Under the pieces are notes generated by a model. That model did no database searches. It saw only the letters and a list, made by a program, of their open reading frames with translations, and was not told where the DNA came from. A stretch of DNA of 64,000 bases. It comes from Chitinophagales bacterium (lineage in GTDB: Bacteria > Bacteroidota > Bacteroidia > Chitinophagales > UBA10324). Positions 45,014-54,700 of the stretch are shown piece after piece. Within the stretch, counting starts at the first letter, position 1. Every line of letters begins with the position of its first letter. The translations under genes and the position numbers were made by a program. The stretch is from the NCBI GenBank assembly GCA_025057275.1, contig JANWXQ010000020.1, positions 1,004 to 65,003 on the forward strand. The letters run 5' to 3'.

Positions 45014-46342
45014 ATGTCCACTGCATTAAAAAAATCCATAGATCTCAGCCTTCCTTACAAAGTCAGGGATTTGTCGCTGGCCGAATGGGGCCGGAGGGAA
45101 ATTGAGCTGGCCGAAGCGGAAATGCCCGGCCTCATGGCCATCCGAAAGGAATACGGACCGCAGAAGCCACTCCAAGGGGCCCGCATTGCCGGCTGTCTGC
45201 ACATGACTATTCAGACTGCCGTGCTGATCGAAACGCTTATCGAACTGGGTGCTGAAGTTCGCTGGAGCTCCTGCAACATCTTTTCCACTCAGGATCATGC
45301 CGCCGCTGCCATAGCCCAAGCCGGAGTGCCTGTATTTGCATGGAAAGGGATGACGGAAGAAGAGTACAACTGGTGCATCCAGCAAACGCTCTTCTTCGGC
45401 GATTTCAGCCGTCCGTTGAACATGATCCTTGACGATGGCGGTGACCTGACCAACGTTGTGCTGGATCAGTTCCCTGAACTGGTGCATGGCATTAAAGGCA
45501 TTACGGAAGAAACCACTACCGGCGTGCACCGCCTCTACGAACGCATGGCCAATGGCAAACTGCCCTTGCCCTGCATCAATGTAAACGATTCGGTTACCAA
45601 GTCCAAGTTTGATAACAAATACGGTTGCCGCGAATCGCTGGTTGATGCCATTCGCCGGGGCACCGACCTGATGCTGGCCGGTAAGGTGGCTGTTGTGGCC
45701 GGCTTTGGTGACGTCGGCAAGGGCAGCGCCGAATCGCTGCGCTCCGCGCACTGCCGCGTCATCGTTACGGAAATTGATCCTATCTGCGCCCTGCAGGCTG
45801 CCATGGAAGGTTATGAAGTAAAGCGCATGATCGATGCAGTTAAAGAAGCTGACATCATCGTCACGGCCACTGGTTGTAAGCACGTGATCACGGAACCCCA
45901 TTTCCGCCTGATGAAAGACAAAGCCGTACTGTGCAACATCGGTCACTTCGATGTGGAAATTGACATGGCCTGGCTCAATGAACACTACGGCCACACCCGG
46001 GTTACCATCAAACCTCAGGTGGACAAGTACACCCTTGACGGAAAAGACCTCATCGTGCTGGCCGAAGGGCGGCTGGTGAATCTGGGCGTAGCCATGGGTC
46101 ATCCCTCTTTCGTTATGTCCACCTCCTTCACCAACCAGTGTCTGGCTCAGATGGAATTGTGGAACCATCGCAACCGGTATGAAAACAAGGTGTATGTGCT
46201 TCCCAAGCATCTGGATGAAAAAGTGGCCCGCCTGCATCTGGAAAAAATCGGCGTTCAACTGGACGAACTCACCGATGACCAGGCCGCCTACCTGGGCATC
46301 CCGAAAAACGGTCCGTTTAAGCCCGAACATTACCGGTACTGA
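45014..46342 (+). CDS. ahcY: adenosylhomocysteinase
   Basis: 442 aa. Motifs: [38 protein letters not shown] motif [10 protein letters not shown], and C-terminal KPEHYRY. Confidence 0.97.
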   Translation: MSTALKKSIDLSLPYKVRDLSLAEWGRREIELAEAEMPGLMAIRKEYGPQKPLQGARIAGCLHMTIQTAVLIETLIELGAEVRWSSCNIFSTQDHAAAAIAQAGVPVFAWKGMTEEEYNWCIQQTLFFGDFSRPLNMILDDGGDLTNVVLDQFPELVHGIKGITEETTTGVHRLYERMANGKLPLPCINVNDSVTKSKFDNKYGCRESLVDAIRRGTDLMLAGKVAVVAGFGDVGKGSAESLRSAHCRVIVTEIDPICALQAAMEGYEVKRMIDAVKEADIIVTATGCKHVITEPHFRLMKDKAVLCNIGHFDVEIDMAWLNEHYGHTRVTIKPQVDKYTLDGKDLIVLAEGRLVNLGVAMGHPSFVMSTSFTNQCLAQMELWNHRNRYENKVYVLPKHLDEKVARLHLEKIGVQLDELTDDQAAYLGIPKNGPFKPEHYRY

Positions 46343-46381
46343 AGCAACTGCTTCAACGGCTTTTTCATTGTCAGATTGGCC

Positions 46382-48382
46382 ATGAACCTGCGGCTTTTCT
46401 TTCTGCTGCTGGCATTAGGTGCCAGTCAGTTGTTGACGGTGGCGGTTCTTGCGCAGCCGATCAAGAAAAAGCTGAACCGGCTGGATTCCCTGCTTTCCGC
46501 TAAATATCCTGCAGCGGGTCCGGGCGGTGTGGTGCTGGTGGCCGAAAATTTCAAACCCCTTTTCCATAAAGCCTACGGCCTGGCCAATGTGGAACTGAAC
46601 GTGCCCAACCGGCTGAACACGGTGTTTCCCATCGGCAGCATGAGCAAACAGTTTGCAGCGGTGGCGGTTTTGCGCCTGGCCGAAACAGGAAAACTCAGTC
46701 TTACCGATTCGGTTAGCCGCTATGTGCCCGAAATGGCAGAACAGTTAGCCGGCATCACGGTAGAGCAATTGCTCAACCACACCTCAGGGCTGATGAGCTA
46801 CACCGAAGTACGAGGCTTTGAAGAAAAATTCCGCTCACCACTTCATTGGGATGACCTGCTCGACCTGGTACGCGACAGTGCCCTGTTGTTTCGGCCCGGC
46901 ACCGATTGGAGCTACACCAACACCGGATATCTGTTGGCTGCACGCATTGTGGAAAAAGTCAGTGGTCAGCCCTATCAGCAATTTGTTCGCCTCAACTTAC
47001 TGGAGCCCGCCCAAATGCGTGAAACCACATTCGGAAGTGGCGAAAGAATCATTCCCCAACGGGCTTACAATTACCTGCGCACCGACTCATTGAACTGCAT
47101 TCCAGGCCCTTATTTTGACTGGTCATGGACCCTCGGTGCCGGTGATATCCTCTCTACCACCGGCGACCTCATGAGATGGTATCAGGCGCTGGTCAGCGGA
47201 AAAATTCTTTCGCCCGCCAGCCTTCAGAAAGCCTGGATGCCAGCCCGCCTTGCTGATGGCCGCAGCGTGAACTACGGTCTGGGCTGGATGACGGATACGC
47301 TTGGCTCCACGGTGGTCATTGGCCATGGAGGCGCGCTGCCCGGCTATCTGAGCGATGCCCTGTTTGTGCCGCAGCGTAACCTGCTGATCGTTTTGCTCAG
47401 CAACAGCTCTGCACCTCCCCCTTCCGAAATAGTGGAGCGCGCCCTGATGCGCCTGCTCAACATACCCCGGCCCCTTCCCGGCAAACTCAGCGCTGAACGG
47501 CTTGGGGAATATGCAGGCGTTTATGAGCGCCACCGCAAAGGCGCACGCCTGATCCGCAATTACGGCGCAATACCCGAGTACTACTATGTCAGCGTAAGCG
47601 GCGATACCTTAATGGTGCAGCCTTCCGGCGGCAGCCGAAACCCGGTTTTTGCCTCCGGCAGAGACACCTTTTATACCCGAGAACTTAGCCAGCGAATCAT
47701 CTTCCTGCGAAATGAAACCGAGAAAATTTTTGCTGTACAGGTGGAAGGCTTTCCTCTGCATTACGGACTGCCCGATATAGGGCTGCGTACCGATTTGCCA
47801 CTACCCGAACAGCGACAGACGCAGGCAATTACGGCAGAGCAGCTCCGCCCCTATACAGGGACCTATGAGTTGCAGAAGGGCTTCAATCTGATGGTTTTTT
47901 CCCGTGGCGACACATTGTTCATTCAGGCCACCGGTCAGGGCCCGCTGCAATTGCATAACGAAAGCAAGCACCGGTTTTTCCTGAAAGAAGTAGATGCCCA
48001 GGCAGAATTTGTGCCGGACGCCGACGGGATATTCCGCACCATGTTGTTCACGCAAGGCCAGCAGTTTCGTTGCCGCCGCATCAGCGATGAGGTGGCGGTC
48101 ATGCAACGCAAAGAACAGCCTGTTACCTACGAGCAGATAAAAGATTACCTGGGCTCCTATGAGTTACAGAAAGGCTTTTTTCTCCATGTGCTCTGGGAAG
48201 ATGGAAAACTGTGGCTTCAGCCCACCGGCCAGCCCCGCTACGAATTGTTTTCCGAAACCGATACCCGCTTTTTTCTCAAAGTGGTGGATGCCTCTATGGA
48301 ATTCCATCGGAATGCTGGCGGAACCGTAACCGGCATGACCTATACCCAGGGGCGCAGTATGGAAGCCCCCAAGGTCAAGTAG
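46382..48382 (+). CDS. serine hydrolase (beta-lactamase/PBP4* family) with three C-terminal ~90-aa repeat modules
   Basis: Signal peptide. Active-site motifs SMSK (SxxK), YTN (YxN) and HGG. The C-terminal repeats each carry Y.G.YE....(F/R)...V....G.L..QP.G. Confidence 0.85.
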   Translation: MNLRLFFLLLALGASQLLTVAVLAQPIKKKLNRLDSLLSAKYPAAGPGGVVLVAENFKPLFHKAYGLANVELNVPNRLNTVFPIGSMSKQFAAVAVLRLAETGKLSLTDSVSRYVPEMAEQLAGITVEQLLNHTSGLMSYTEVRGFEEKFRSPLHWDDLLDLVRDSALLFRPGTDWSYTNTGYLLAARIVEKVSGQPYQQFVRLNLLEPAQMRETTFGSGERIIPQRAYNYLRTDSLNCIPGPYFDWSWTLGAGDILSTTGDLMRWYQALVSGKILSPASLQKAWMPARLADGRSVNYGLGWMTDTLGSTVVIGHGGALPGYLSDALFVPQRNLLIVLLSNSSAPPPSEIVERALMRLLNIPRPLPGKLSAERLGEYAGVYERHRKGARLIRNYGAIPEYYYVSVSGDTLMVQPSGGSRNPVFASGRDTFYTRELSQRIIFLRNETEKIFAVQVEGFPLHYGLPDIGLRTDLPLPEQRQTQAITAEQLRPYTGTYELQKGFNLMVFSRGDTLFIQATGQGPLQLHNESKHRFFLKEVDAQAEFVPDADGIFRTMLFTQGQQFRCRRISDEVAVMQRKEQPVTYEQIKDYLGSYELQKGFFLHVLWEDGKLWLQPTGQPRYELFSETDTRFFLKVVDASMEFHRNAGGTVTGMTYTQGRSMEAPKVK

Positions 48383-48426
48383 AAAAGCAGCGGTGCTGCT
48401 GACTGCAATTCGCCAACTTTGTTCGA

Positions 48427-49146
48427 GTGATTCGTTTATCGGTCAACATCAACAAGTTCGCCACCCTGCGCAATGCACGCGGCGGCAACCTGCCTGATGT
48501 GGTGGCAGCCGCCCGCAACTGCGAACGCTTCGGCGCCGATGGCATTACCGTTCATCCCCGCCCCGACCAGCGCCACATCCGGTACGATGATGTACTTCAA
48601 CTCAAAGAAGTGGTAACCACTGAGTTCAACATTGAAGGAAACCCCATCAGTACCTGGCTGGAACTGGTACAGCGCGTACGACCTGCTCAGGCTACCCTGG
48701 TGCCCGATGGTCATGACGTGCTCACGAGCAATGCCGGATGGGATACGATCAAACATCAGGCCTTCCTGCGCGACATCATCTCTGCTTTAAAAAGCCATGG
48801 CATTCGCGTGTCGGTCTTTATTGATCCGCTTCCGGCCATGGCTGAAGGAGCAAGAGCTGCCGGCGCCGACCGTATCGAGTTATACACCGGACCTTACGCA
48901 CAGGGGTATCATCAGCATCCGCAACGGGCGGTGGCACCTTATGTGGAAACAGCTCAGGTGGCCTTGCAGTTGGGTTTGGGCATCAATGCCGGTCATGACC
49001 TGAACCTGCACAATCTGGCTTTCCTGGCCCGTCACCTGCCCGGCCTGGCCGAAGTGTCCATAGGACATGCTCTCATCTGCGACGCCATTTATCTGGGATT
49101 GGAAAACACCATTCAGTTGTACAAGCGACAACTTACTGCCGATTAA
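48427..49146 (+). CDS. pdxJ: pyridoxine 5'-phosphate synthase
   Basis: 239 aa with a GTG start. Motifs: LSVNINKFATLRNARGG, GITVHPRPDQRHI, NIEGNP, HAGHDLN, and E..IGHA.I. Confidence 0.95.
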   Translation: MIRLSVNINKFATLRNARGGNLPDVVAAARNCERFGADGITVHPRPDQRHIRYDDVLQLKEVVTTEFNIEGNPISTWLELVQRVRPAQATLVPDGHDVLTSNAGWDTIKHQAFLRDIISALKSHGIRVSVFIDPLPAMAEGARAAGADRIELYTGPYAQGYHQHPQRAVAPYVETAQVALQLGLGINAGHDLNLHNLAFLARHLPGLAEVSIGHALICDAIYLGLENTIQLYKRQLTAD

Positions 49147-49184
49147 GCCTTCCCTGCAATAGCCGGCGAAAAATCCAAACTGGT

Positions 49185-50192
49185 TTACGGGTCGCTGAGC
49201 GACAACAAAAAGTTGATCAGATCCTGCTTTTCCTGTTCGGTGAGATTCAGCTTGAGAACGAATACGCTTTTATTGGGATGATTCTTGCCCCCGCTGTTGT
49301 AATGTTCCACGACTTCCTGAAGGGTGGCCAGGGAGCCATCGTGCATGTACGGAGCCGTATAAGCCAGATTGCGCAACGAAGGAACCTTGAACTTGCCCAC
49401 GTCAGCAGGGTTGAGGGTAATTCGGGCCCGCCCGCTGTCGGCATATTTTTCATACAGCCCGTTGTTTCGAAAACTGAAATCCGTAAACAGAAAACCACTG
49501 TGGCAATGAAAGCATTCTGCCCTTTCGCTGAAAAAGAGGTTCATCCCCCTTTTTTCCGAGGCGGTAAGCGCCGACGTATCGTTGGCATAAACATACCGGT
49601 CGTATCGGGTGGTCTGGCTGTACAGGCTGCGTTCAAAGCAGGCAATGGCCCGTGTTAGGGTGTAAGGTGAAGGATCAGCGTCGTATGCCTGACGGAACAG
49701 TGCCGGGTATTGCGGATGGCGCCGCAGCCGCTCAACTACCAGATTGATATCAAAATCCATCTCCCTCGGGTCATGAATCGGCGCCAGAACCTGCAACTCC
49801 AGTGTAGGCACACCGCCATCCCAAAACAGGTACGGCTGGTAAGCAGCGTTGAGCAGGCTGATGGAATTGCGAATGCCCGTCTGTCCGTAAATGCCTATGC
49901 TTTTTGCCAACCCATCGGTCATTTTTTTATCCGCGTGGTGACAGCTGGCGCAGGCAACGGTGCTATCGCGCGAAAGGATCGGGTCATGAAACAACCGGCG
50001 ACCCAGCTCAATGCGATACGGAGTCAGTTCATTATCTGCCGGAATAGGTGGCATGGGAAACCCCAGCGGCAGATCAGGCATCACGACCTGCTGGCCGGGA
50101 TCTATGGGCGTTTCCTCCCAGGTGCAACCGAAAAGTGCACTGACGATCACCGTGGCAGCAATCTGCCGAAATCCGGTTAAATGGTTCACCAA
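49185..50192 (-). CDS. di-haem cytochrome c peroxidase / MauG-MbnH-like lipoprotein (paralog 2)
   Basis: 335 aa with a GTG start. Lipobox SALFGC-TWEE. Haem motifs CASCH and CFHCH, FWDGG, and KVPSLRN..APYMHDG...VVEHYNSGG. Confidence 0.9.
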   Translation of the reverse strand: MVNHLTGFRQIAATVIVSALFGCTWEETPIDPGQQVVMPDLPLGFPMPPIPADNELTPYRIELGRRLFHDPILSRDSTVACASCHHADKKMTDGLAKSIGIYGQTGIRNSISLLNAAYQPYLFWDGGVPTLELQVLAPIHDPREMDFDINLVVERLRRHPQYPALFRQAYDADPSPYTLTRAIACFERSLYSQTTRYDRYVYANDTSALTASEKRGMNLFFSERAECFHCHSGFLFTDFSFRNNGLYEKYADSGRARITLNPADVGKFKVPSLRNLAYTAPYMHDGSLATLQEVVEHYNSGGKNHPNKSVFVLKLNLTEQEKQDLINFLLSLSDP

Positions 50193-50281
50193 GGGACCTT
50201 ACAAGATTTCTGTAAAATTATCGGAGTCGGGCAGATATGAGATCAGGTAGAAAAAATGCGGTTCTGAAGGAAGAAATAATC

Positions 50282-50319
50282 AAAAAACTGCGGGGGCGGC
50301 CTTCAGGCCGCCCCCGCAG
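50282..50319 (-). terminator. rho-independent terminator (minus strand) between MbnP-like gene and peroxidase gene
   Basis: A perfect 14-bp GC-rich stem CTGCGGGGGCGGCC/GGCCGCCCCCGCAG with a 4-nt loop is followed by a T6 run on the minus strand. It lies 41 nt after the stop at 50360. Confidence 0.65.
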
Positions 50320-50359
50320 ATACCATCAGCTTACCGCAGTTGCAACCGTTTTTCCGGCT

Positions 50360-51094
50360 TTATTCCCAGGTAAACGACTGGGGCCAATTATTGGCAATCT
50401 TTTCGGCCAGCATCATATTGTCCATGGAATGCGTTTTGATTTCGGTACGCATGTCCACACCCTGCAATGCTTTGAGCAGGTCAAAGGCAAGATGAAAGCT
50501 GTTTTCACCACCGGCTTCCACATGCACATCAGCCCCGGAAAGCGACACGCTACGCGCCATTTGGTCAAGACCAATGTGATAGAAGAAGTTTGCATTAGCA
50601 GAGCCATTGGCAGCAAGGGTGGTATCTACTTTTCCTTCCACCATCATAAAAATGTAGCCGGTGTTCCAGCTCCAGTGAATACTGGGGGTTTGGGGAGCCA
50701 GCGGATGGCCGGAAGGATAAACCGTTGGATCGCCGTGATTGGTCACCGAATCCAACCCCACCAGAAAACGGATGCCACTGTAATGGCCGGAAGGAACAAG
50801 GCCCAGTTCCCATTCATGTTCATCGGGACTTGCCAGAATAACCTTACCGGCAATCGGTACCTCGGTGCCGTCATCTTGGATGAGGACAAAGTTGGACAGG
50901 TAGTACCGGAGGTTGCTCAGAGTAAACGACCGGCCATTATTGGAAAAAGTGGAAGTGTAGTTAGCTGCCTGATTGCCCACCATGGTATGCAGGTGGAGTT
51001 TAACCATTTCGGTGGTTTCACCGTGGTCATCCTTTTTGCAGGAGGCAAAACCTGCAGAAAGAATTAAGAAAAAAGCAAAATATCGAAGTTTCAT
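50360..51094 (-). CDS. lipoprotein, MbnP-like candidate partner of di-haem peroxidase
   Basis: The ATG at 51094 (MKLRYFAFFLILSAGFASC-KKDDH) gives 244 aa. FTLSNLRYYLSNFVLIQDDGTEV and HWSWNTGYIF resemble MbnP-family proteins as I remember them. The gene itself is solid but the family call is tentative. Confidence 0.5.
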   Translation of the reverse strand: MKLRYFAFFLILSAGFASCKKDDHGETTEMVKLHLHTMVGNQAANYTSTFSNNGRSFTLSNLRYYLSNFVLIQDDGTEVPIAGKVILASPDEHEWELGLVPSGHYSGIRFLVGLDSVTNHGDPTVYPSGHPLAPQTPSIHWSWNTGYIFMMVEGKVDTTLAANGSANANFFYHIGLDQMARSVSLSGADVHVEAGGENSFHLAFDLLKALQGVDMRTEIKTHSMDNMMLAEKIANNWPQSFTWE

Positions 51095-51193
51095 TGTGTT
51101 TGTTTTTTGGGTAGGAAGAAAAAATTTTAAAAATCTTAAAACTGCGATTGCCCCACAGCAATCTGCTTGGGGGGCGGAAAAAGCAAAATCCAA

Positions 51194-51589
51194 TCAGACT
51201 TCAGGCGGCTGAAAAACAAACTTGCCGGTATCGATAGCAACCGGATTAGCAAGCGGTGGGAAACCATAGGTCACGGCCAGCGGGGAAAGGGGCAGAGCCG
51301 ATTCACATAACGAAACGGGAATGTACTCCTGCTTGAATTCCGACCGCACCGGCATTTTTTCCTGTCGCTGCTGTTCTTCATTCATCTCCTTGCCCAGCGC
51401 ACAACGACCGGCACAGTGCATCAAGGGTTGAGCCTTGTTTTCACAAAGTACTTCACTGTAATATTTTTTCTGAAGCAAATAGCGGCTATGCACCATCAAC
51501 AGATTGAGCTGCGCTGCCAACTGGGCAAACAGGATGACCAGGACGGTGAACAGGCGCATGAGATAAGCAAAATTATCAGCTACCCACAT
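51194..51589 (-). CDS. small membrane protein with C-x9-C-x3-C motif (unknown family)
   Basis: 131-aa ORF, with an alternative start at codon 11 (MRLFTVLVILFAQ). One N-terminal TM helix, then YYSEVLCENKAQPLMHCAGRCALGKEMNEEQQ. It lies 99 nt upstream of the MbnP-like gene on the same strand. Confidence 0.5.
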   Translation of the reverse strand: MWVADNFAYLMRLFTVLVILFAQLAAQLNLLMVHSRYLLQKKYYSEVLCENKAQPLMHCAGRCALGKEMNEEQQRQEKMPVRSEFKQEYIPVSLCESALPLSPLAVTYGFPPLANPVAIDTGKFVFQPPEV

Positions 51590-51785
51590 TCAGAAGCCAT
51601 TGGAATTGCGCGTTGGCTAAAGATTAAACTTTTGTTAAGGCGGCATTCGTCCGCCAGCTACTCACATTAGGGCTAACGACCGCAGGAAAAACGGCTAAAT
51701 GCATTGGAACACCTGTTTTTCCAAAAGTTTTATATTTACGCATCGCTTTAACAAGCTAACCCTTGGTGTACCCTAATTCCGCACT

Positions 51786-54700
51786 ATGAGACTCCCGCTC
51801 CTCATTACCATTTTGTCGGTTTTGGGTATAGGGTCCTCTTTGGGCCAGCAAACCATCCAGCTGTACTACGAGGATTTCAATGGCGCCACAGCAGGCTTTA
51901 CGCTGAACACGGCCGCAGGGCCAAGTTCCAATACAGGCTCCAACCAATGGGTCATTAACAACCAGTATGCAGGCAGTGCCGGCTATCCCAACACGCCCGA
52001 TCAGTTTCAGACCGTAAGCGGCACTATTGCCGGGGCTCCCAACAGCAATTACCTGCACATCTACGATTCAGGCAGCACGTCCTCCAATGCCTGTTACAAC
52101 CCCAATAGCCCCAGCGACCGCATGGCCATCATGAATACCAGCTTCTGCACGCTGGGCCTGACCGATGTGGAGCTGACCTTCTTTTACATCGGTGAAGGAA
52201 ATGCCAACGACTACGGCCAATTGTATTACAGCATCGACAATGGCGCCTCCTGGATTCAGACCGGTCAGTCGAAATACTATGGCTACAACCAGTGGAAATA
52301 CGAATCGGTAACCGATCCGGCATTTAACAACAAACAGAATTTGCGGTTTGCCTTTCGTTGGGTAAACGGCAGTGGTGCTTCGCCAAACATCGGTTTTGGT
52401 GTGGACGACATAATCGTGGTAGGCACCTACGACAACATCAACAGCCCGATCACGCTGAGCATAACCTCGGTTTCTCCCAACCCCGTCTGTAAAGGTTCCT
52501 ACCTGTTCATCTTCTGGCAGCTGTCGGGGCCGCTGTGCACCGGAACGTATGAAGTCGAGCTCAGCAATTCTGTCGGAAATTTTGCCTCGCCAGTCAGCCT
52601 GGGAGTGTTTACCATTCCCTCCAACCTGACCAGCGGCGGTGTGGCTGCCATGATTCCCAGCTGGCAAGCCAATGGCACATGTTACAAGGTGCGCATCAAC
52701 CGCGTTTCGCCTCAGCCTACCATCACCGGCGTGGCCAGCGGCTGTTTTGAAATCAAAAACTGCCCGAACGTCATCACCACCTTACAGCCTGTAGTAACCT
52801 ATGGGCCAGACACCGTTTGCGTGTATAGCGTGATTGATGTGCCGTTCTACAGTACCGGTGTGTACAACTTCAATAACTTTTATGTGGCCGAACTGTCTGA
52901 TATGAACGGCAGCTTCGCCAATCCCTATTTCATCGGACAGTCGCTGGATCCCAACACTTATGATCCCATGTTGGGTTCACCGCCCGGATCGGTTTCCGGC
53001 ATCATTCCCAACGTGCCTCCCGGCTGCGGCTATTACGTTCGGGTTCGCTCTACTTCGCCTGTAGCCATCGGTTCGGCCTGGGGACCGTTCTGCATCCGCC
53101 AGTGCGATGTCACTACGAACAACATGCAGGATATCTCTGTCTGCATTACCGATCATGTGGGCAAAGACACCACTATTGAACTGGACATCAACACCTGGGG
53201 AACAGGCACCACCTATAATCCGGGCAATGAGTTTAAGGTACAGATCTTAAGCTCCAAGACCTTCCAGATTCTGGACACAGGTTCGTTCGGCGTAGTGTCG
53301 GCCACGTCCAGCACTACACTGACTTTAAGCGTCCCCGGTTTACTGGATGTTATCAGCAAGCTGGGTCCGCCGGGCACCGGCATGTATTACATGCGCATCA
53401 TTGCCACCGATCCGGTTCCGCCCTGGGATAGTCTGGCTACACTTGTGCGTCTGATTATTGGTTCGCCGGATTCGTTGCCTCCTTTAGTCATCCCGGATGA
53501 TACCCTGGTCTGCAAAGGGCAAATCAGCGGCATCACCATCTTCCCTTACAATTTTGATTCACAATACCAATGGTATTCGCCCAACCTCAACAGCGGGGTA
53601 CCGTTTTTCTGGGAATACAATCCGTTGCTCATCAATTGGGCCAATGCGCCCAACGGGACCTACTGGTTTACCGTTCGTGAATACAACCATGGCTGCTGGG
53701 GACCCTGGAGCGACACAGTGTACATTACGGTAATTGGTACGCCTTCCACCTCAATCTTCGGCCTGATCAATGCCTGTCAGGGCGATACCATTACCTACAA
53801 AACGACCTTCCTGGCCGGCACGTACTACAACTGGAACACCACCATCGGGCAAATCATAGACACTGCGAACAACCAAATCACCATCGTGTTTGACAGTACC
53901 GGCACTGCAGTGATCACGGTTTTTGCCCTGAATGAATGCGGCTCCAGCACTGGATCTAAAAACGTGGTGGTTCACCCCAAACCAGTGGTGCAACTGCCTT
54001 CCGACACCACCCTATGCCCAGGCCTGCCACTTACGATTGCCTGCACTTCCTCTGCCAATCAGTTCACCTGGTGGGGCAACGGGTCCACCATAGGTACTAC
54101 CAACCCGATCACCACCACCCCATCCGGACCGCTTACCGTAGTGGTTGAAGGAAAAACCTCTGTGGGATGTAAGAATTACGACACCATGCAAGTGGATGTC
54201 TATCCTGATGTCAACGGCACCCTTTCCGTCAGCGATATTTCCTGTTATGGCCAGTCGGATGGAAACGTTCAGGTCACAGGGCTGGACGGCCAGCCACCCT
54301 ATTCCTACCTGTGGGATATGAACCCGGCGGTCACCGACTCGTTCCTGAGCCAACTCGGCCCGGGCAGTTACACCGTGTACATCACCGATGCCAATGGGTG
54401 CAGCGATACACTTACCGTAACCCTGACCGAGCCTTCGGAGCTAACTGTGGGCACTACATTCACCAATGAATCTTCCTACGGTGCTAAAGATGGGTCGGCT
54501 TCAGCGCAGGCCGGAGGCGGTACACCGCCCTATAGCTACGAGTGGAATACCAACCCACCGCAAAACAGCAGCACGGCCACCGGTTTAGGGCCTGGCGAAT
54601 ACATTGTAACCGTTACCGATGCCAACGGCTGCAAGATTTCCGATACGGTGTTGCTCAAATCCGTATCCAACATTTTTGCCGTTCCAAATGCCTTTACGCC

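Noticed and set aside
45026-46330. A 434-aa ORF antisense to almost the whole of ahcY.
   Set aside because: The translation has no recognisable motifs and an odd composition rich in G/F/H/A runs. ahcY on the plus strand is unambiguous. Long stop-free antisense frames are expected in GC-biased, strongly codon-biased genes.
50237-51067. A 276-aa plus-strand ORF competing with the minus-strand lipoprotein gene.
   Set aside because: The minus-strand product has a clean lipoprotein signal and globular composition. The plus-strand product is R/G/H-rich, and it begins by reading through the terminator hairpin.
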